From the NCBI GenBank assembly GCA_963764625.1, contig CAVXTH010000004.1, forward strand, positions 12,895-76,894: a stretch of 64,000 bases of DNA. Direction: 5' to 3'. Positions 64,000 through 64,000 of this stretch are shown one piece after another (positions within the stretch are counted from its first letter, which is position 1; each line of letters begins with the position of its first letter). A model generated the notes under the pieces. The model did no database searches and had not been told where the DNA came from. It worked only from the letters and a program-made list of their open reading frames with translations. This DNA comes from Candidatus Krumholzibacteriota bacterium (GTDB taxonomy: Bacteria > Krumholzibacteriota > Krumholzibacteriia > JAJRXK01). The position numbers and the translations under genes were made by a program.

Positions 64000-64000
64000 A

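Overview
High-GC bacterial window, probably from an FCB/PVC-adjacent candidate lineage such as Krumholzibacteriota, Eisenbacteria or Latescibacterota. This is inferred from several secreted proteins with FlgD/T9SS-like C-terminal domains (CTDs) and one ending in a SWGGVKGMYR tail. The window is a mosaic of short modules: envelope redox genes with an ECF sigma/anti-sigma pair, trkH-trkA, an SDR-DUF2867 protein, a nuclease, gdhA with two PEP-synthase-like proteins and a metallophosphoesterase, hydrolases, and Ser/Thr kinase genes and relics. At least nine short degenerate CTGTCCC...GGGACAG-ended elements, apparently derived from a DDE integrase gene, lie between modules; eight of the nine share one orientation. 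The largest module (31.5-46.8 kb) has a candidate sigma-54 promoter and encodes a ~2200-aa repetitive CTD protein, a PorV-like barrel, a ~1000-aa TPR protein, ExbB-ExbD-ExbD-TonB and an FlgD/OmpA-like protein. It is a candidate T9SS-like, TonB-energised export or surface-display system. Other notable items are a circularly permuted cupredoxin, twin divergent ECF-type promoters and a dikinase-nucleotidyltransferase fusion beside gdhA. Many frameshifts (mainly 33-47 kb) look like read or assembly indels. No rRNA, tRNA or CRISPR array was seen. All family assignments come from motif recognition by eye, not database searches.
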